Source: Actinomycetota bacterium (GTDB taxonomy: Bacteria > Actinomycetota > UBA4738 > HRBIN12). From it: DNA of 64,000 bases. Made by a program: the position numbers and the translations under genes. The notes beneath the pieces are model-generated. The model searched no databases, was not told the DNA's origin, and was given only the letters and a program-made list of their open reading frames with translations. The number at the start of each line of letters is the position of its first letter. The first letter of the stretch is position 1. The stretch lies in the NCBI GenBank assembly GCA_046330185.1, contig JAXLTF010000015.1, forward strand, positions 7,224 through 71,223, written 5' to 3'. Positions 27,113 to 40,751 of this stretch are shown in pieces.

Positions 27113-28257
27113 GTGCGCGTCCTGCTGTACCGGACAAGTTCCGCGGCACGCTGACGGCGGATGAGGCGGCCGGCGATCGCCGACGGCTGGTCGCGGGTCC
27201 GTCCCCATGACGTCGTCGAGCGTTGCCCCGTGGCGGACGGGGGCGAGGGCACGATGGCCACGCTGCTGGGCGCGCTCGGCGGCGAGGAGGTAGCGGCGAC
27301 GGTTCCGGCCCCCGGGCGATCGGTCGAGGCGTCCTTCGGGGTCGTGGATGCGGAGGCGGAGCGGCTCGCGATCGTCGAGAGCGCCTCCGCGTCCGGCCTC
27401 GGGCTCCTGCCCGAGTCGGGGCGCGACGCTCTCCGCGCCGGCACGGGCGGGACCTGGCGCGCTCCCCTGCTCGCCGCCCTGGATCGCGACCTGACCGGAT
27501 CCTCCTGTGCGTCGGGGGCACCGCCTCCACCGACGGAGGAGCGGCCGCGGCCGCGGCCCTGCGGCGCGCTTCCTCCGCGCGGACGGCTCGCCGATCGCAC
27601 CCGCGGACTCGGGCTGCTCGAGCTCGTCGCGGTCGATCTGGCGAGGCTGACCGGCGTGTGAACGAGGTCGCGATCGATGCCTGCGTGGACGTGGACAATC
27701 CCCTCACTGCCCGGCCGGCGCGAGCTGCGCCACCTTCGCACCGCAGAAGGAGCGAGCCCAGAGGCCGGGTGACCCTCGATCGGGCGCTCGCCCACCCGCC
27801 GCCGTCGTCCACCGCGACCTCGGCGTCGACCTCCGCGACATCGCCCGGCGCCGGAGCCGGCGGCGGCCTCGCGTTCGGCGTCGCCGCTTCCTTCTGGGGC
27901 GCGGATCCGCTCGGGAGCCCGGCTGGTCCTCGAGGCGCTGGGGCTCCCGTCGCGGATCGAGCGTGCGGACCTAGTGATCACGGAGAGGGCCGCTTCGACT
28001 CCGGGTCCTCCACGAAGGTTCGGTCGAGGTGATCCGGATGGCCCAGGAGCGGGGCGCGCGGATCGTGCTGTGCGGCGACGTCGAACCCGGGGTCGATGTT
28101 CGCGTGGGCGGGGATCGGTCCCGTGGTATCCTCTGGTCGATCGGTTCGCCGGGAGGCGAAAGCCGGACTGACGCCGGGCGTGCTTCTCCGCGAGGCGTCC
28201 GCGGCGTGCGCGCAGGCGATCGCGGAACTGATGGGAGATGAGCGGAGCGATCGATAG
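27113..28257 (+). pseudogene. glxK: Glycerate kinase, readable only with at least six frame changes (pseudogene or error-disrupted)
   Basis: Motifs are scattered over all three forward frames: VRVLL / PDKFRGTLTADEAA / AIADGW...PVADGGEGT / RILLCVGGTASTDGGAAAAAAL / DACVDVDNPLT / FAPQKGASPE / PGAGAGGGLAFG / ADLVIT|GEGRFDS / VEVIRMAQERGARIVLCGDV. This order matches glycerate kinase family I. Confidence 0.75.
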
Positions 28258-28744
28258 GTTCGTCGAGACCTGGCTCGCGGCATCGAGCCCGCGGTCCTGC
28301 GCTTCCCGGAGGGCACGAAGACGGCCGAGGCCGCAGCGCGCGCCATCGGGTGCGACGTCGGGCAGATCGTGAAGTCCCTGGTCTTCATCGCGTGATGGGC
28401 GGCCGTTATGGCGTACGCGAGCGGTGCGAACCGGGTCGATTGAGCCGGCTCGGGGAGCTGGTCGGGGCGAGCGAGGTCCGCCGGGCGACCCCCGAGGAGG
28501 CCAGGCAGGCCACGGGGTTCGCCGTCGGCGGCACGCCGCCGTTCGGCCACCCGAGCTTCTCGACGGGGTCATCGATGCGATCTGCTGGGTTGGGACGAGG
28601 TGTGCTGCGGCCGGGACGCCCGACTCGGTCTTCCGTTGCCGCCTCCGAGCTGGTGCGCGCGACTGGAGCCCGGATCGGAGCCCTCGCCGAGAGCGGTCCG
28701 GATCACCCCGTCGAACCCGGAAGGACGGCAAGCCGACCAGGTGA
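28238..28744 (+). pseudogene. YbaK/EbsC-type aminoacyl-tRNA deacylase domain protein, frameshifted
   Basis: Fragments in different frames: ...GIEPAVLRFPEGTKTAEAAARAIGCDVGQIVKSLVFIA / DGRPVMAYASGANRVD / LGELVGASEVRRATPEEARQATGFAVGGTPPFGHP / VIDAICWVGTR.AAAGTPDSVF. The 3' end is approximate. Confidence 0.65.
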
Positions 28745-28784
28745 TGGACGCGTCCTCTCGCCCGATACCCGCCCGGAGGTACCG

Positions 28785-29100
28785 ATGATCACGCTAACCG
28801 AGACGGCAGCCGGCAAGGTCAAGGAGCTCCTGGTCGAGGAGTGGTCGCGACGACGTCGCGCCCGGATCGCCGTTCAACCCGGCGGGTGTTCCGGGCTCCG
28901 CTACGCGATGTACCCTGATGACCAGGTATCCGAGAAGGATCAGACCGCCGAGCAGTTCTGGGTGCGTCCATCGTCGACAAGATGAGCGTGCCGTACCTGA
29001 CGCAGGCGACGGTCGACTTCGTGGACTCGCTCGAGCAGTCGGGGTTCACCATCGACAACCCGGCCGCCCAGGGCGGCTGCGCCTGCGCTCCTTCCACTGA
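28785..29100 (+). pseudogene. IscA/ErpA/HesB-family Fe-S carrier, frameshifted
   Basis: MITLTETAAGKVKELLVEE...RIAVQPGGCSGLRYAMY is in the ATG frame. MSVPYLTQATVDFVDSLEQSGFTIDNPAAQGGCAC is in a second frame. The canonical C-terminus C-A-C-G-S-F-H-stop appears only if one g is restored near 29087. The length of 316 nt is not a multiple of 3. Confidence 0.75.
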
Positions 29101-29204
29101 TCGCGCGCTGAGCGAGGCCGGTCCTCGCGCCGGTCTTCGGCGTTCGCCGGGGCACGGCCTACGCTGACGTGGTCGGTCCGATCCGCCCGGAAGGAGCCAG
29201 CCCC

Positions 29205-29726
29205 GTGTCCCGAGCCTCCGCTTCCACGCTGTCGCCAGCGCCCGCGTCTTCCTGCCGTCGGATCCGTCGCCATCCCACGCTGGAGCGGCTCCACGACGAA
29301 CGGACCCTGGGCCAGCGCGCGTGGCCGACCGGGTGGCGGCGTTCGGCGGGTCGTGGCCCTTCATCTTCCTGTACGTGGGCGGTCGATCGGCGCATGGATC
29401 CTGCTGAACACCGTCGTGCTGGCGCGGCTCGTCCACGTCGAGCCGTTCGATCCGTACCCGTACATCGTGCTCAACCTCGTGCTCTCGGGGTTGGCCGGGC
29501 TGCAGGCACCTGTGATCTTGATGAGTCAGAACCGGGAGGCCGCGCGGGACGAGGCGCTCGCGGAGCACCACTACGACGAGGGCCAGAAGGTCGAGCGCGT
29601 GCTGGAGGGCCAGGTGGCGCTCCTCGAGGAGAACACCCGACTGACGCGCGAGCTGAGCGAGCTGCTGCGGAGATCCGCGACCTCACCGCCCGGATCCACG
29701 AGCAGGTGAACGCCGCGCAGGCGTGA
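29205..29726 (+). pseudogene. DUF1003-family membrane protein, frameshifted
   Basis: ...LGQRVADRVAAFGGSWPFIFLYVG is in one frame. IGAWILLNTVVLARLVHVEPFDPYPYIVLNLVLSGLAGLQAPVILMSQNREAARDE is in another (ORF 29353..29709). The C-terminal ...EIRDLTARIHEQVNAAQA returns to the first frame. The start is approximate. Confidence 0.6.
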
Positions 29727-29771
29727 TCCGGCCCCGGCGACGGGTTCGGTCCGACGGAGATCAATCTGGGC

Positions 29772-33408
<3,637 letters not shown>

Positions 33409-33465
33409 GCCTCGAATCTAGTAGGCGGTCCGAGCGGCGACCAATGGTGACCGCGCTCGCATGAG

Positions 33466-33996
33466 GTGCGCCAACCGCGGTACGCTGCCCCCGTGAGCCA
33501 GAGCTTCCCGGACCTCGTGATGCGTGAGCGTCGTCGCGGTCGTCCGCCCGCGAAGCCGGAGCAGCCGCCGAGGCGGACGCGGAGGCAGACCGCTGCGGTC
33601 CTCGCCGGCGTGCCGCTGTTCTCCGGGCTCCCACGCCGGGCGTTGGAGCGCCTCGCGGGGGAGACCGACGAGCTCACGTTCCGCCCCGGCCAGGTGGTGG
33701 TCGAGGAGGGGCTGCTGGGCGAGACGCTGTTCGTGGTGCTCTCGGGCGAGGGCAAGGTCGTGCGCAGGGGCCGCAAGCTCGCCCGGGTGCTGCCGGGAGA
33801 CTTCTTCGGCGAGCTCTCTGCGTTGGACGGAGGACCCAGGACCGCCACGATCGTCGCCGAGACGCCGCTCGTCGTCCTTCGGCTGTTCCGCAAGACGCTC
33901 TTCGATCTGGTGCGCGAGGAGCCGCAGCTGGCGCTGAAGCTCATGGATGGGATCGTCCGTCGGGTGCGCGAGGTCGACCGGCGCCTGGAGTCGTAG
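33466..33996 (+). CDS. Stand-alone cyclic-nucleotide-binding domain protein
   Basis: 176-aa ORF; the start is uncertain (33466, 33493 or 33520). cNMP-binding fold pattern LFSGLPRRALERLAGETDELTFRPGQVVVEEG...FGELSALDGGPRTATIVAETP. No HTH output domain follows. Confidence 0.8.
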   Translation: MRQPRYAAPVSQSFPDLVMRERRRGRPPAKPEQPPRRTRRQTAAVLAGVPLFSGLPRRALERLAGETDELTFRPGQVVVEEGLLGETLFVVLSGEGKVVRRGRKLARVLPGDFFGELSALDGGPRTATIVAETPLVVLRLFRKTLFDLVREEPQLALKLMDGIVRRVREVDRRLES

Positions 33997-34154
33997 TCCC
34001 GTCCGAGCTCGTCCGAGCCGCCCGCCGTCACGGCCTCCGCCGGGCCCCGACATCGGCCTGCGCGTCGGCTCCGCCCTTCGTCCTCATCGCCGCGCGCTAC
34101 CCTGGAGGCATCGACCCCGACCCCCGGGAAGGAGCAGGGCGCGAGCCGGGTGAG

Positions 34155-35996
34155 ATGACGAAGACGATCGAGGAACGCGACCACGTCGTCGTGCGGTTCG
34201 CCGGCGATTCCGGGGACGGGATGCAGCTCACCGGCGATCGGTTCACCAGCGCCACCGCGGTCCTCGGCAACGACCTCGCCACCCTCCCGGACTTCCCGGC
34301 CGAGATCCGAGCCCCGGTCGGGACGGTCCATGGGGTCTCCGCGTTCCAGATCCAGTTCGGCTCGAACGACGTCACGACCCCTGGCGATCACGCCGATGTC
34401 CTGGTCGCGATGAACCCCGCGGCCCTGCGGGCCGATCTCGAGAAGGTCCGGCGCGGCGGCACGCTGGTGTTGAACGAGGACGCGTTCACGCCCCGCAACA
34501 TCGAGAAGGCCGGCTTCGCGTCCGACCCGACGACGGATGGGTCGCTGGACGGCTACCAGATCTACCGGGTGCCTATGACCTCGATGACGGTCAGGGCGAC
34601 CGAGGACCTGGGCATCGGCAAGAAGGAGGCGGAGCGCGCCAAGAACATGTTCGCGCTCGGCCTGCTGTCGTGGATGTACGGGCGGCCCCTCGAGACGACC
34701 ATGAGCTGGCTCGAGAGGAAGTTCGGCGGGAAGCCGGAGATCCTCGAGGCCAACGTCGCGGCCCTGAAGGCGGGCTTCAACTTCGGCGAGACGACCGAGG
34801 TGTTCGCGACGTCCTACACGGTCAGGGCCGCGGCGGTCGAGCCCGGCACGTACCGCAACATCGCGGGCGCCACCGCCCTCTCGTGGGGCCTTGTCGCGGC
34901 GAGCGAGCGCAGCGGCCTGCCCCTCTTCTACGCGAGCTACCCGATCACGCCGGCCTCCGAGCTGCTGCACGAGCTGGCCCGGCACAAGAACTTCGGCGTC
35001 GTCACGCTTCAGGCCGAGGACGAGATCGCGGCCGTGAACGTCGCGCTGGGAGCGGCGTTCGCCGGGAACCTGGCCGTCACCGGCACGAGCGGTCCGGGCA
35101 TGGATCTGAAGGCCGAGACGCTCGGGCTGGCCGTGATCATGGAGCTCCCGCTCGTGATCGTCGACGTGATGCGGGCAGGACCATCGACCGGGATGCCTAC
35201 GAAGACCGAGCAGGGCGACCTGCTGCTGGCGATGTTCGGCCGGCACGGGGAATCGCCGATGCCGGTCGTGGCGGTCGCGACGCCGTCGGACGGCTTCGAC
35301 GTGGCGATCGAGGCGGTGCGGATCGCGGTGCGTTACCGGACCCCGGTGATCGTGCTGTCCGACACCTTCCTCTCGAACTCATCCGAGCCCTGGCGACTAC
35401 CGGACGTGGAGACCCTGCCCCGGATCGATCCGGCCCTCGCCTCGCCGAACGGGGAGGGGTTCCTCCCGTACTCACGCAACGAGGATCTGGCCCGTCCCTG
35501 GGCGGTGCCCGGGACGGCCGGCCTGGTGCACCGGATCGGCGGGCTGGAGCGCCAGGACCTGACGGGCAACATCAGCTACGACGGCGAGAACCACGAGCGG
35601 ATGACCGCTCTACGCCAGGCCAAGATCGAGCGGATCGCGTCCGACATCCCCAGGCTCGCCGTCGATGACCCGGACGGCGACGCGGAGCTCCTGGTCCTTG
35701 GGTGGGGTTCCACGCGGGGCACGATCTCGGCGGCGGCGCGACGGGTGCGCTCCCGCGGCGCCAAGGTGGCGACGGCTCACCTGCGGCACCTGAACCCGTT
35801 CCCCGCGAACACGGAGGAACTGCTGCGCGCGTACCCGAAGGTCTTGATCCCGGAGATCAACCTCGGGCAGCTGGCCCTGCTGATCCGGGGGCGGTTCCTG
35901 ATCGACGCGAAGAGCTACTCGAAGGTCCGAGGGGCGCCGATCCTGGCCGAGGAGCTGGAGGCGGAGATCGATCGGCTCCTCCGGGAAGAGGGGTGA
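34155..35996 (+). CDS. korA: 2-oxoglutarate (2-oxoacid):ferredoxin oxidoreductase alpha subunit
   Basis: 613 aa. N-terminal VVRFAGDSGDGMQLTG..., ...YPITPASELLHEL..., typical of the actinobacterial KorA fusion of the gamma and alpha domains. Confidence 0.9.
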   Translation: MTKTIEERDHVVVRFAGDSGDGMQLTGDRFTSATAVLGNDLATLPDFPAEIRAPVGTVHGVSAFQIQFGSNDVTTPGDHADVLVAMNPAALRADLEKVRRGGTLVLNEDAFTPRNIEKAGFASDPTTDGSLDGYQIYRVPMTSMTVRATEDLGIGKKEAERAKNMFALGLLSWMYGRPLETTMSWLERKFGGKPEILEANVAALKAGFNFGETTEVFATSYTVRAAAVEPGTYRNIAGATALSWGLVAASERSGLPLFYASYPITPASELLHELARHKNFGVVTLQAEDEIAAVNVALGAAFAGNLAVTGTSGPGMDLKAETLGLAVIMELPLVIVDVMRAGPSTGMPTKTEQGDLLLAMFGRHGESPMPVVAVATPSDGFDVAIEAVRIAVRYRTPVIVLSDTFLSNSSEPWRLPDVETLPRIDPALASPNGEGFLPYSRNEDLARPWAVPGTAGLVHRIGGLERQDLTGNISYDGENHERMTALRQAKIERIASDIPRLAVDDPDGDAELLVLGWGSTRGTISAAARRVRSRGAKVATAHLRHLNPFPANTEELLRAYPKVLIPEINLGQLALLIRGRFLIDAKSYSKVRGAPILAEELEAEIDRLLREEG

Positions 35997-35998
35997 CG

Positions 35999-37042
35999 AT
36001 GAGCGACGTCATGACGAACGGCGGCGACGGGGGCGGCGCGCTCGCGACCCTGACGAAGAAGGACTTCACGTCGGACCAGGAGGTCCGGTGGTGTCCGGGG
36101 TGCGGTGATTACGCGATCCTCGCAGCGGTACAGAGCTTCCTGCCCGAGCTGGGGATCGAGCCGAAGGACACGGTGTTCGTGTCCGGGATCGGATGCAGCG
36201 GGCGGTTCACGTACTACATGGACACGTACGGGATGCACGGGATCCACGGACGCGCTCCCGCCCTGGCGACGGGGGTGGCGACCGCGAACCCGGACCTGTC
36301 CGTGTGGGTCGTGACGGGGGACGGGGACGGGCTCTCGATCGGGGGCAACCACCTGATCCACGCGCTCCGGCGCAACGTGAACCTGAAGATCCTGCTGTTC
36401 AACAACCAGATCTACGGGCTCACGAAGGGCCAGTACTCGCCGACCTCGGAGGAGGGCAAGATCACGAAGTCGACCCCGTTCGGGTCGGTCGACCATCCAT
36501 TCAACCCGATCGCCCTCGCGCTCGGCGCCGAGGCGACGTTCGTGGCTCGAACGCTCGACAACGACCGCAAGCACCTCACCGACGTGCTCCGCCAGGCAGC
36601 CCAGCACCGAGGGACGGCGTTCGTCGAGATCTATCAGAACTGCAACGTGTTCAACGACGGGGCCTTCGACGTCCTGCGTGAGAAGCCGCAGGGAGCGCAC
36701 AACCAGATCCGGCTGGCGCACGGCGAGCCGATCGTGTTCGACGAGGGCACGCGCTGCGTCACGGTGGGCGAGAACGGCCGTCTCACGATCGCCGCGACGT
36801 CCGACACGCCCCAGGAACGGATCATCGTCCACGACGTCAACGGGCGTCCCTCGCTCGCGTTCGCGTTGGCGCAACTATCGCGCGGTCCGTCTGAGCCGAC
36901 GTGCATCGGGGTCTTCCGGGAGTTCGAACGCCCCGTCTACGGGGAGGCGATCCGCGATCAGCTCCAACGGGCGCGCGAGCGGCTGGGCCCGGGGGACCTG
37001 GCGACGCTCCTGCGCTCGGGCGACACCTGGACCATCGGGTAG
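35999..37042 (+). CDS. korB: 2-oxoglutarate (2-oxoacid):ferredoxin oxidoreductase beta subunit
   Basis: Inner ATG at 35999, 2 nt after the korA stop. WCPGCGDYAIL, GIGCSGR, and the TPP motif GDGDGLSIGGNHL. Confidence 0.9.
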   Translation: MSDVMTNGGDGGGALATLTKKDFTSDQEVRWCPGCGDYAILAAVQSFLPELGIEPKDTVFVSGIGCSGRFTYYMDTYGMHGIHGRAPALATGVATANPDLSVWVVTGDGDGLSIGGNHLIHALRRNVNLKILLFNNQIYGLTKGQYSPTSEEGKITKSTPFGSVDHPFNPIALALGAEATFVARTLDNDRKHLTDVLRQAAQHRGTAFVEIYQNCNVFNDGAFDVLREKPQGAHNQIRLAHGEPIVFDEGTRCVTVGENGRLTIAATSDTPQERIIVHDVNGRPSLAFALAQLSRGPSEPTCIGVFREFERPVYGEAIRDQLQRARERLGPGDLATLLRSGDTWTIG

Positions 37043-37055
37043 CCGGCGGGCCGGC

Positions 37056-38243
37056 TCAGGCCCCGTCGCGAGAGCGGAACCTCGACAGGACGTGGGCCGA
37101 CCGCGCCTCCACGTCCCGGAGCTCGGCGACGATCTCGGGCAGGACGTCCAGCAGTCGGTCCACCTCCGAAGCGTCGGTGTCGGGGCCGAGGCTCACCCGG
37201 AGCCCCGATGTGTTCGGGAAGCCGATGCGTTCAAGGACCGGGGAGGGGTCCCCGGGCTGGCCCGAGCAGAGCGAGCCGGCGCCGAGCCGGAACCCCCGGT
37301 CGTCGAGGGCCATCATCAGGGTCGCCGGGTCGAGCGCCTCGACGCTGAAGCAGACGAGATGGGGCGTGCGATGGGTGGGATGGCCGTGCACCCTGGCGCC
37401 GGGCACGGTGGTCGCGATCTCCTCCCGGACACGGCCCGTCTGAGCCCACTGGGCGGCGGCCACGTCGGCCATCGAGGCCAGCGAGGCCACGAGGGCCGCC
37501 GACATCCCGGCGATACCGGGGGTGTTCTCCATGCCGGAACGGCGCTTGCGCTCCCGGTCGTCGCCGCAGGGGTACGCGGTCAGCCCGACGCCTCGGCGCA
37601 CGTAGAGCGCGCCGACGCCGGGGGGCCCACCGAACTTGTGCCCGGACAGCGAGAGGAGGTCCACGTCCAGGGCGTCGACGTTCACGGGCAGCCTTCCGAC
37701 CGTCTGGCACGCGTCCGTATGGAACCGGACGCCCGCATCGCGCGCGATCCTGGCCGCCTCGGCGACCGGCTGGATCGTGCCGAGCTCGTGGTTCGCGTGC
37801 TGGAGGCTCGCCAGCAGCGTGTCGGGCCTGCGGACCTCCTCGCGGAACCGATCCAGGTCCACGAGCCCGTGCCCGTCCACCGGGATCGTGATCACCTCGA
37901 ACCCGTCGCTCTCGAGCACGTTGCACACGCCGCCGACCGCCGGGTGCTCGACCGATCCGACGACGATGCGGGTCCCGAGCTCGCGCACGGCGCGAACCGC
38001 ACCCCAGATCGCGAGCGCGATCGACTCGGTCCCGCCGGACGTGAAGACGATCTCGTCCGGCTGCGCATGGATCGCCTCGGCGATGGCGGCTCGCGATCCG
38101 TCGAGCACCTGCCGGGCCTCCCGGCCGGGGGCGTGGATGTTCAGCGGGTCGCCGAAGCGGTCGAGCGCCCAGATGACCGCCTCCCGGGCCGCCGGCAGGA
38201 GCGGGGTGGCCGACGCGGCGTCCAGGTAGATGTCGGTGGTCAT
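37056..38243 (-). CDS. Class V aminotransferase / cysteine desulfurase (NifS/IscS-like)
   Basis: The last 395 codons of track ORF 37056..39944, from the ATG at 38243. [15 protein letters not shown]..., the PLP-lysine motif [18 protein letters not shown], and a C-terminal ...GAGSLCSG... Cys loop. Confidence 0.85.
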   Translation of the reverse strand: MTTDIYLDAASATPLLPAAREAVIWALDRFGDPLNIHAPGREARQVLDGSRAAIAEAIHAQPDEIVFTSGGTESIALAIWGAVRAVRELGTRIVVGSVEHPAVGGVCNVLESDGFEVITIPVDGHGLVDLDRFREEVRRPDTLLASLQHANHELGTIQPVAEAARIARDAGVRFHTDACQTVGRLPVNVDALDVDLLSLSGHKFGGPPGVGALYVRRGVGLTAYPCGDDRERKRRSGMENTPGIAGMSAALVASLASMADVAAAQWAQTGRVREEIATTVPGARVHGHPTHRTPHLVCFSVEALDPATLMMALDDRGFRLGAGSLCSGQPGDPSPVLERIGFPNTSGLRVSLGPDTDASEVDRLLDVLPEIVAELRDVEARSAHVLSRFRSRDGA

Positions 38244-38986
38244 CGGTCCTGCGCCGGGGTCTCTCCCGCGCCCGTCCCCGTCGCGTCGGGCGGTCGGGGG
38301 TCCCCGCCCGGCCTGGGTGGTCCCGTGGCGTCGCGTAGGAACACCGACCAGTAGACGACGGCGCCCGCGACGGCGCCCGCGATGGGCCCCACGACCCATA
38401 CGTACCAGTCCGACCAGTCTCCAGCGGCGAGGGCGGGCCCGAACCAGCGCGCGGGGTTCATCGCGACGCCCGTGTACGGGCCGAAGGCGAGGATCCCGAA
38501 CGAGAGCACGAGCCCGATCGCGGGTCCCTCGGCCCACGAGAACGCCTCGCGGTCGTCCACGATCGCGCCGAAGGCCACGAAGACCAGCAGGAAGGTGGTG
38601 ATCGCCTCGACCATCACGCCCTTGGCCGCCGCGTAGCCGTCGGCGAGGGCAGGGGTTCCGCCGTGAGCCGCTTCCCATGCCTGAGCCGGCGCGAGGGCCC
38701 GCAGCACTAGCGCGCCCGCGACCGCGCCGAGCACCTGTGCGCCGATCAGGATCGTCGCGCGGTCGACCGTGATCCTGCCGGTCACCCACATCGAGATGGA
38801 CACGGCCGGGTTCATGAGCCCGCCCGAGACGTGAGCGGTGACCGACACCATGACCGCGAGGACGAGCCCGCTCGCGAGCGCGACGCCGGTGAGGTCGAGC
38901 ACCCCGTTCAGGTACAGGATCGCGGCGCCGGCGCTCACCGATACCAGGGCGAACGTGGCGACGAACTCCGCCACCGCCGCCCTCAT
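38240..38986 (-). CDS. MIP-family channel (aquaporin/glycerol facilitator-like)
   Basis: Inner ATG at 38986 of ORF 38240..39319 gives 248 aa. Two NPA boxes ([18 protein letters not shown]). Six TM segments. The stop overlaps the downstream desulfurase start (ATGA at 38240-38243). Confidence 0.9.
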   Translation of the reverse strand: MRAAVAEFVATFALVSVSAGAAILYLNGVLDLTGVALASGLVLAVMVSVTAHVSGGLMNPAVSISMWVTGRITVDRATILIGAQVLGAVAGALVLRALAPAQAWEAAHGGTPALADGYAAAKGVMVEAITTFLLVFVAFGAIVDDREAFSWAEGPAIGLVLSFGILAFGPYTGVAMNPARWFGPALAAGDWSDWYVWVVGPIAGAVAGAVVYWSVFLRDATGPPRPGGDPRPPDATGTGAGETPAQDR

Positions 38987-39030
38987 GTAGCTCGTCACGG
39001 GATGTCTCCTTCGCCGGGCGCGATAGTACG

Positions 39031-39432
39031 ATGCGCGGCGTGGAAGTCCTGCTCGTGTCGCCCGACCCGGACGTCCGCGAGCTGATGGCCCTCGCGGTGC
39101 GGAGCATCGAGCGGAACCTGGGTGTCGAGCTCCGGTTCCGGGCCGCCGCCAACGGCGAGCTGGGCATCCGGGCGGCGCTTCGCGACGATCCCGACATCGT
39201 CGTGGCGGACGAGATCGCGTCACGGGCCGGGGCGTTCGCGCTCGCGAGATCGCTCCGCGACCGCTTCGAGCCGTTCGCGGGCGTGATCGTCGTGCTACTC
39301 GAGCGCCGGCAGGATGCATGGCTGGCGCGCTGGTCCGGCGCCGACGCGTGGTTCGTCAAACCGTTCGATCCCTTCGAGCTGGCCGACCGGGTGCTCGAGC
39401 TGGTGATGCACAAGCAGGAGGAGAGCGCGTGA
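39031..39432 (+). CDS. Single-domain response-regulator receiver protein (no output domain)
   Basis: 133 aa. VLLVSPDPD..., [10 protein letters not shown] (Asp acceptor), FVKPFDP (conserved Lys). The usual Thr/Ser position reads VVLLER. High GC3. Confidence 0.75.
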   Translation: MRGVEVLLVSPDPDVRELMALAVRSIERNLGVELRFRAAANGELGIRAALRDDPDIVVADEIASRAGAFALARSLRDRFEPFAGVIVVLLERRQDAWLARWSGADAWFVKPFDPFELADRVLELVMHKQEESA

Positions 39433-39713
39433 AGATCAAGGGAACGTGCAAGCGCGACCGCCGGGAGTTCCTGGCCGAGCAGGTGATCGAGTCTGGGGGC
39501 GAGTGTCCCTGGGACGGCGAGCCGTTGCAGGCGGACTACGCGGTCACGTTGGTGAACGCGCTGCGCGACGCCGAGGAGGCAGGGTCGGCGCTCGAGGAGG
39601 CGCTCACCCGGCTGGCCGACGTCCGGCCGGCGCTCACGCTCGATGCGGACTCGGTGCTGGGGGAGCTGCGCGTCCAGCTGACGCGCCTGGAGCAGGATCT
39701 GGTGCACCGATGA
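39429..39713 (+). CDS. Hypothetical 94-aa protein (basic Cys-containing N-terminus, helical Leu-rich C-terminus)
   Basis: The GTG at 39429 makes a GTGA overlap with the receiver gene stop. [33 protein letters not shown]...[11 protein letters not shown]...[18 protein letters not shown]. Third codon positions are almost all G/C, as in the flanking genes. No family recognised. Confidence 0.55.
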   Translation: MKIKGTCKRDRREFLAEQVIESGGECPWDGEPLQADYAVTLVNALRDAEEAGSALEEALTRLADVRPALTLDADSVLGELRVQLTRLEQDLVHR

Positions 39714-39907
39714 GCGACGACGGCATGCGGGTCGAGCTGTCGGACGCGCCGGGCGGCTGGCGCGTGCGGATCGTCGACGCCGAAGGGATCGTCCTGTCGG
39801 AGCGGGCCTGCCGCGACGCGGCCGAGGCGCGGACCTACGCGTCGACGGTCCGCCAGCACCTGTACTGGTTGTCCACGGAGCGCTTCCGCGCCTACTACCG
39901 GATCTGA
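39710..39907 (+). CDS. Hypothetical 65-aa protein (weak YegP/DUF1508-like pattern)
   Basis: ATGA overlap with the upstream stop. [54 protein letters not shown]... High GC3. The family resemblance is from memory and weak. Confidence 0.55.
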   Translation: MSDDGMRVELSDAPGGWRVRIVDAEGIVLSERACRDAAEARTYASTVRQHLYWLSTERFRAYYRI

Positions 39908-39909
39908 GC

Positions 39910-40017
39910 ATGGGCTTCAACGCGATGCAGCCGGGCAAGATCAAGAAAGGCGACCTCTTGATGCTCGGCGCGGCCGTCGTCGTGTTCGTCCTGCTGATCC
40001 TGTGGGTCGCGCTCTGA
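39910..40017 (+). CDS. Hypothetical 35-aa single-pass membrane peptide
   Basis: Below the ORF-track size cut-off. The ATG at 39910 is 2 nt after the upstream stop. [35 protein letters not shown]. The GC3 bias is consistent with coding. Confidence 0.4.
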   Translation: MGFNAMQPGKIKKGDLLMLGAAVVVFVLLILWVAL

Positions 40018-40039
40018 GCCCATCGGCGCGTCCGCGCCG

Positions 40040-40414
40040 GTGAGCGATCCGGCCGATCTCGACTTCGGGTACCTGACGACGACCGGCCGGGTCACGGGCC
40101 GCCCGCACCGGATCGAGATCTGGTTCGCGTTGCGCGGCGGCACGGTCTACCTGCTATCCGGGGGCCGGGAGCGGAGCGACTGGGTCGCCAACCTGCTCGC
40201 CGATCCGCGGGTCACGTTCGAGCTGGGTGGAGAGATCGGGAAGGCCCGCGCTCGGGTCCTGGAGCCGGGGACCGACGAGGACGCGCTCGCCAGGAGGCTG
40301 CTCGTCGCGAAGTACACGTCACGCGACCCCGATGACCTGACGGAGTGGGGCCGCACGGCGCTCCCGGTGGCGCTCGATCGTTACCCGGCGAGCGCGTCCG
40401 GTGCCCTCAGGTAG
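40040..40414 (+). CDS. PNPOx-like / deazaflavin (F420H2)-dependent nitroreductase-family protein (DUF385-like)
   Basis: 124 aa, GTG start. [54 protein letters not shown] matches the Ddn-family N-terminal pattern. Confidence 0.65.
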   Translation: MSDPADLDFGYLTTTGRVTGRPHRIEIWFALRGGTVYLLSGGRERSDWVANLLADPRVTFELGGEIGKARARVLEPGTDEDALARRLLVAKYTSRDPDDLTEWGRTALPVALDRYPASASGALR

Positions 40415-40454
40415 TCCAGGTCAGACTACCGGCGGCCGACCGTCCCGGCCGGGA

Positions 40455-40739
40455 TCACTCGTCGAAGCCGATCGCGAACAACCGCTCGAGGTCGTGCCGC
40501 GAGTACACCTGGAACGAGATCAGCGTCTCGGTCCGCACGACGCCCTCGACCTTGGCGATCCCGCCGGGGATCACGCGCGCCAGCTCCTCGTGCTCCGACA
40601 CGCGGCAGACCGCCACCAGATCCCACTCGCCGGCCACCGAATAGACCTCCGACACGCCGTCCAGGTCGGCGATCGCCTGCGCGGCCTCGGGGATCTCGTC
40701 GATCTCGCATTGGATCAGGACCACGGCGTGCACGCTCAA
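40455..40739 (-). CDS. Stand-alone Lrp/AsnC ligand-binding (RAM) domain protein
   Basis: 94 aa. VHAVVLIQCEIDEIPEAAQAIADLDGVSEVYSVAGEWDLVAVCRV...VRTETLISF. No HTH. Confidence 0.75.
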   Translation of the reverse strand: MSVHAVVLIQCEIDEIPEAAQAIADLDGVSEVYSVAGEWDLVAVCRVSEHEELARVIPGGIAKVEGVVRTETLISFQVYSRHDLERLFAIGFDE

Positions 40740-40751
40740 TACGGTCCTCCC

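Noticed and set aside
26260-28731. 823-aa minus-strand ORF
   Set aside because: Only the last 276 codons (the DinB-like protein, from the GTG at 27090) look real. The rest is low-complexity and antisense to the glycerate kinase and YbaK remnants.
33409-33520. Possible cobalamin riboswitch upstream of metH
   Set aside because: The gap is too short (57-111 nt depending on the neighbouring start) for a B12 aptamer. No B12-box-like sequence was seen.
37056-39944. 962-aa minus-strand ORF
   Set aside because: Only its last 395 codons (from the ATG at 38243) encode the cysteine desulfurase. The upstream part overlaps the aquaporin gene in another frame and runs antisense to the receiver cassette.
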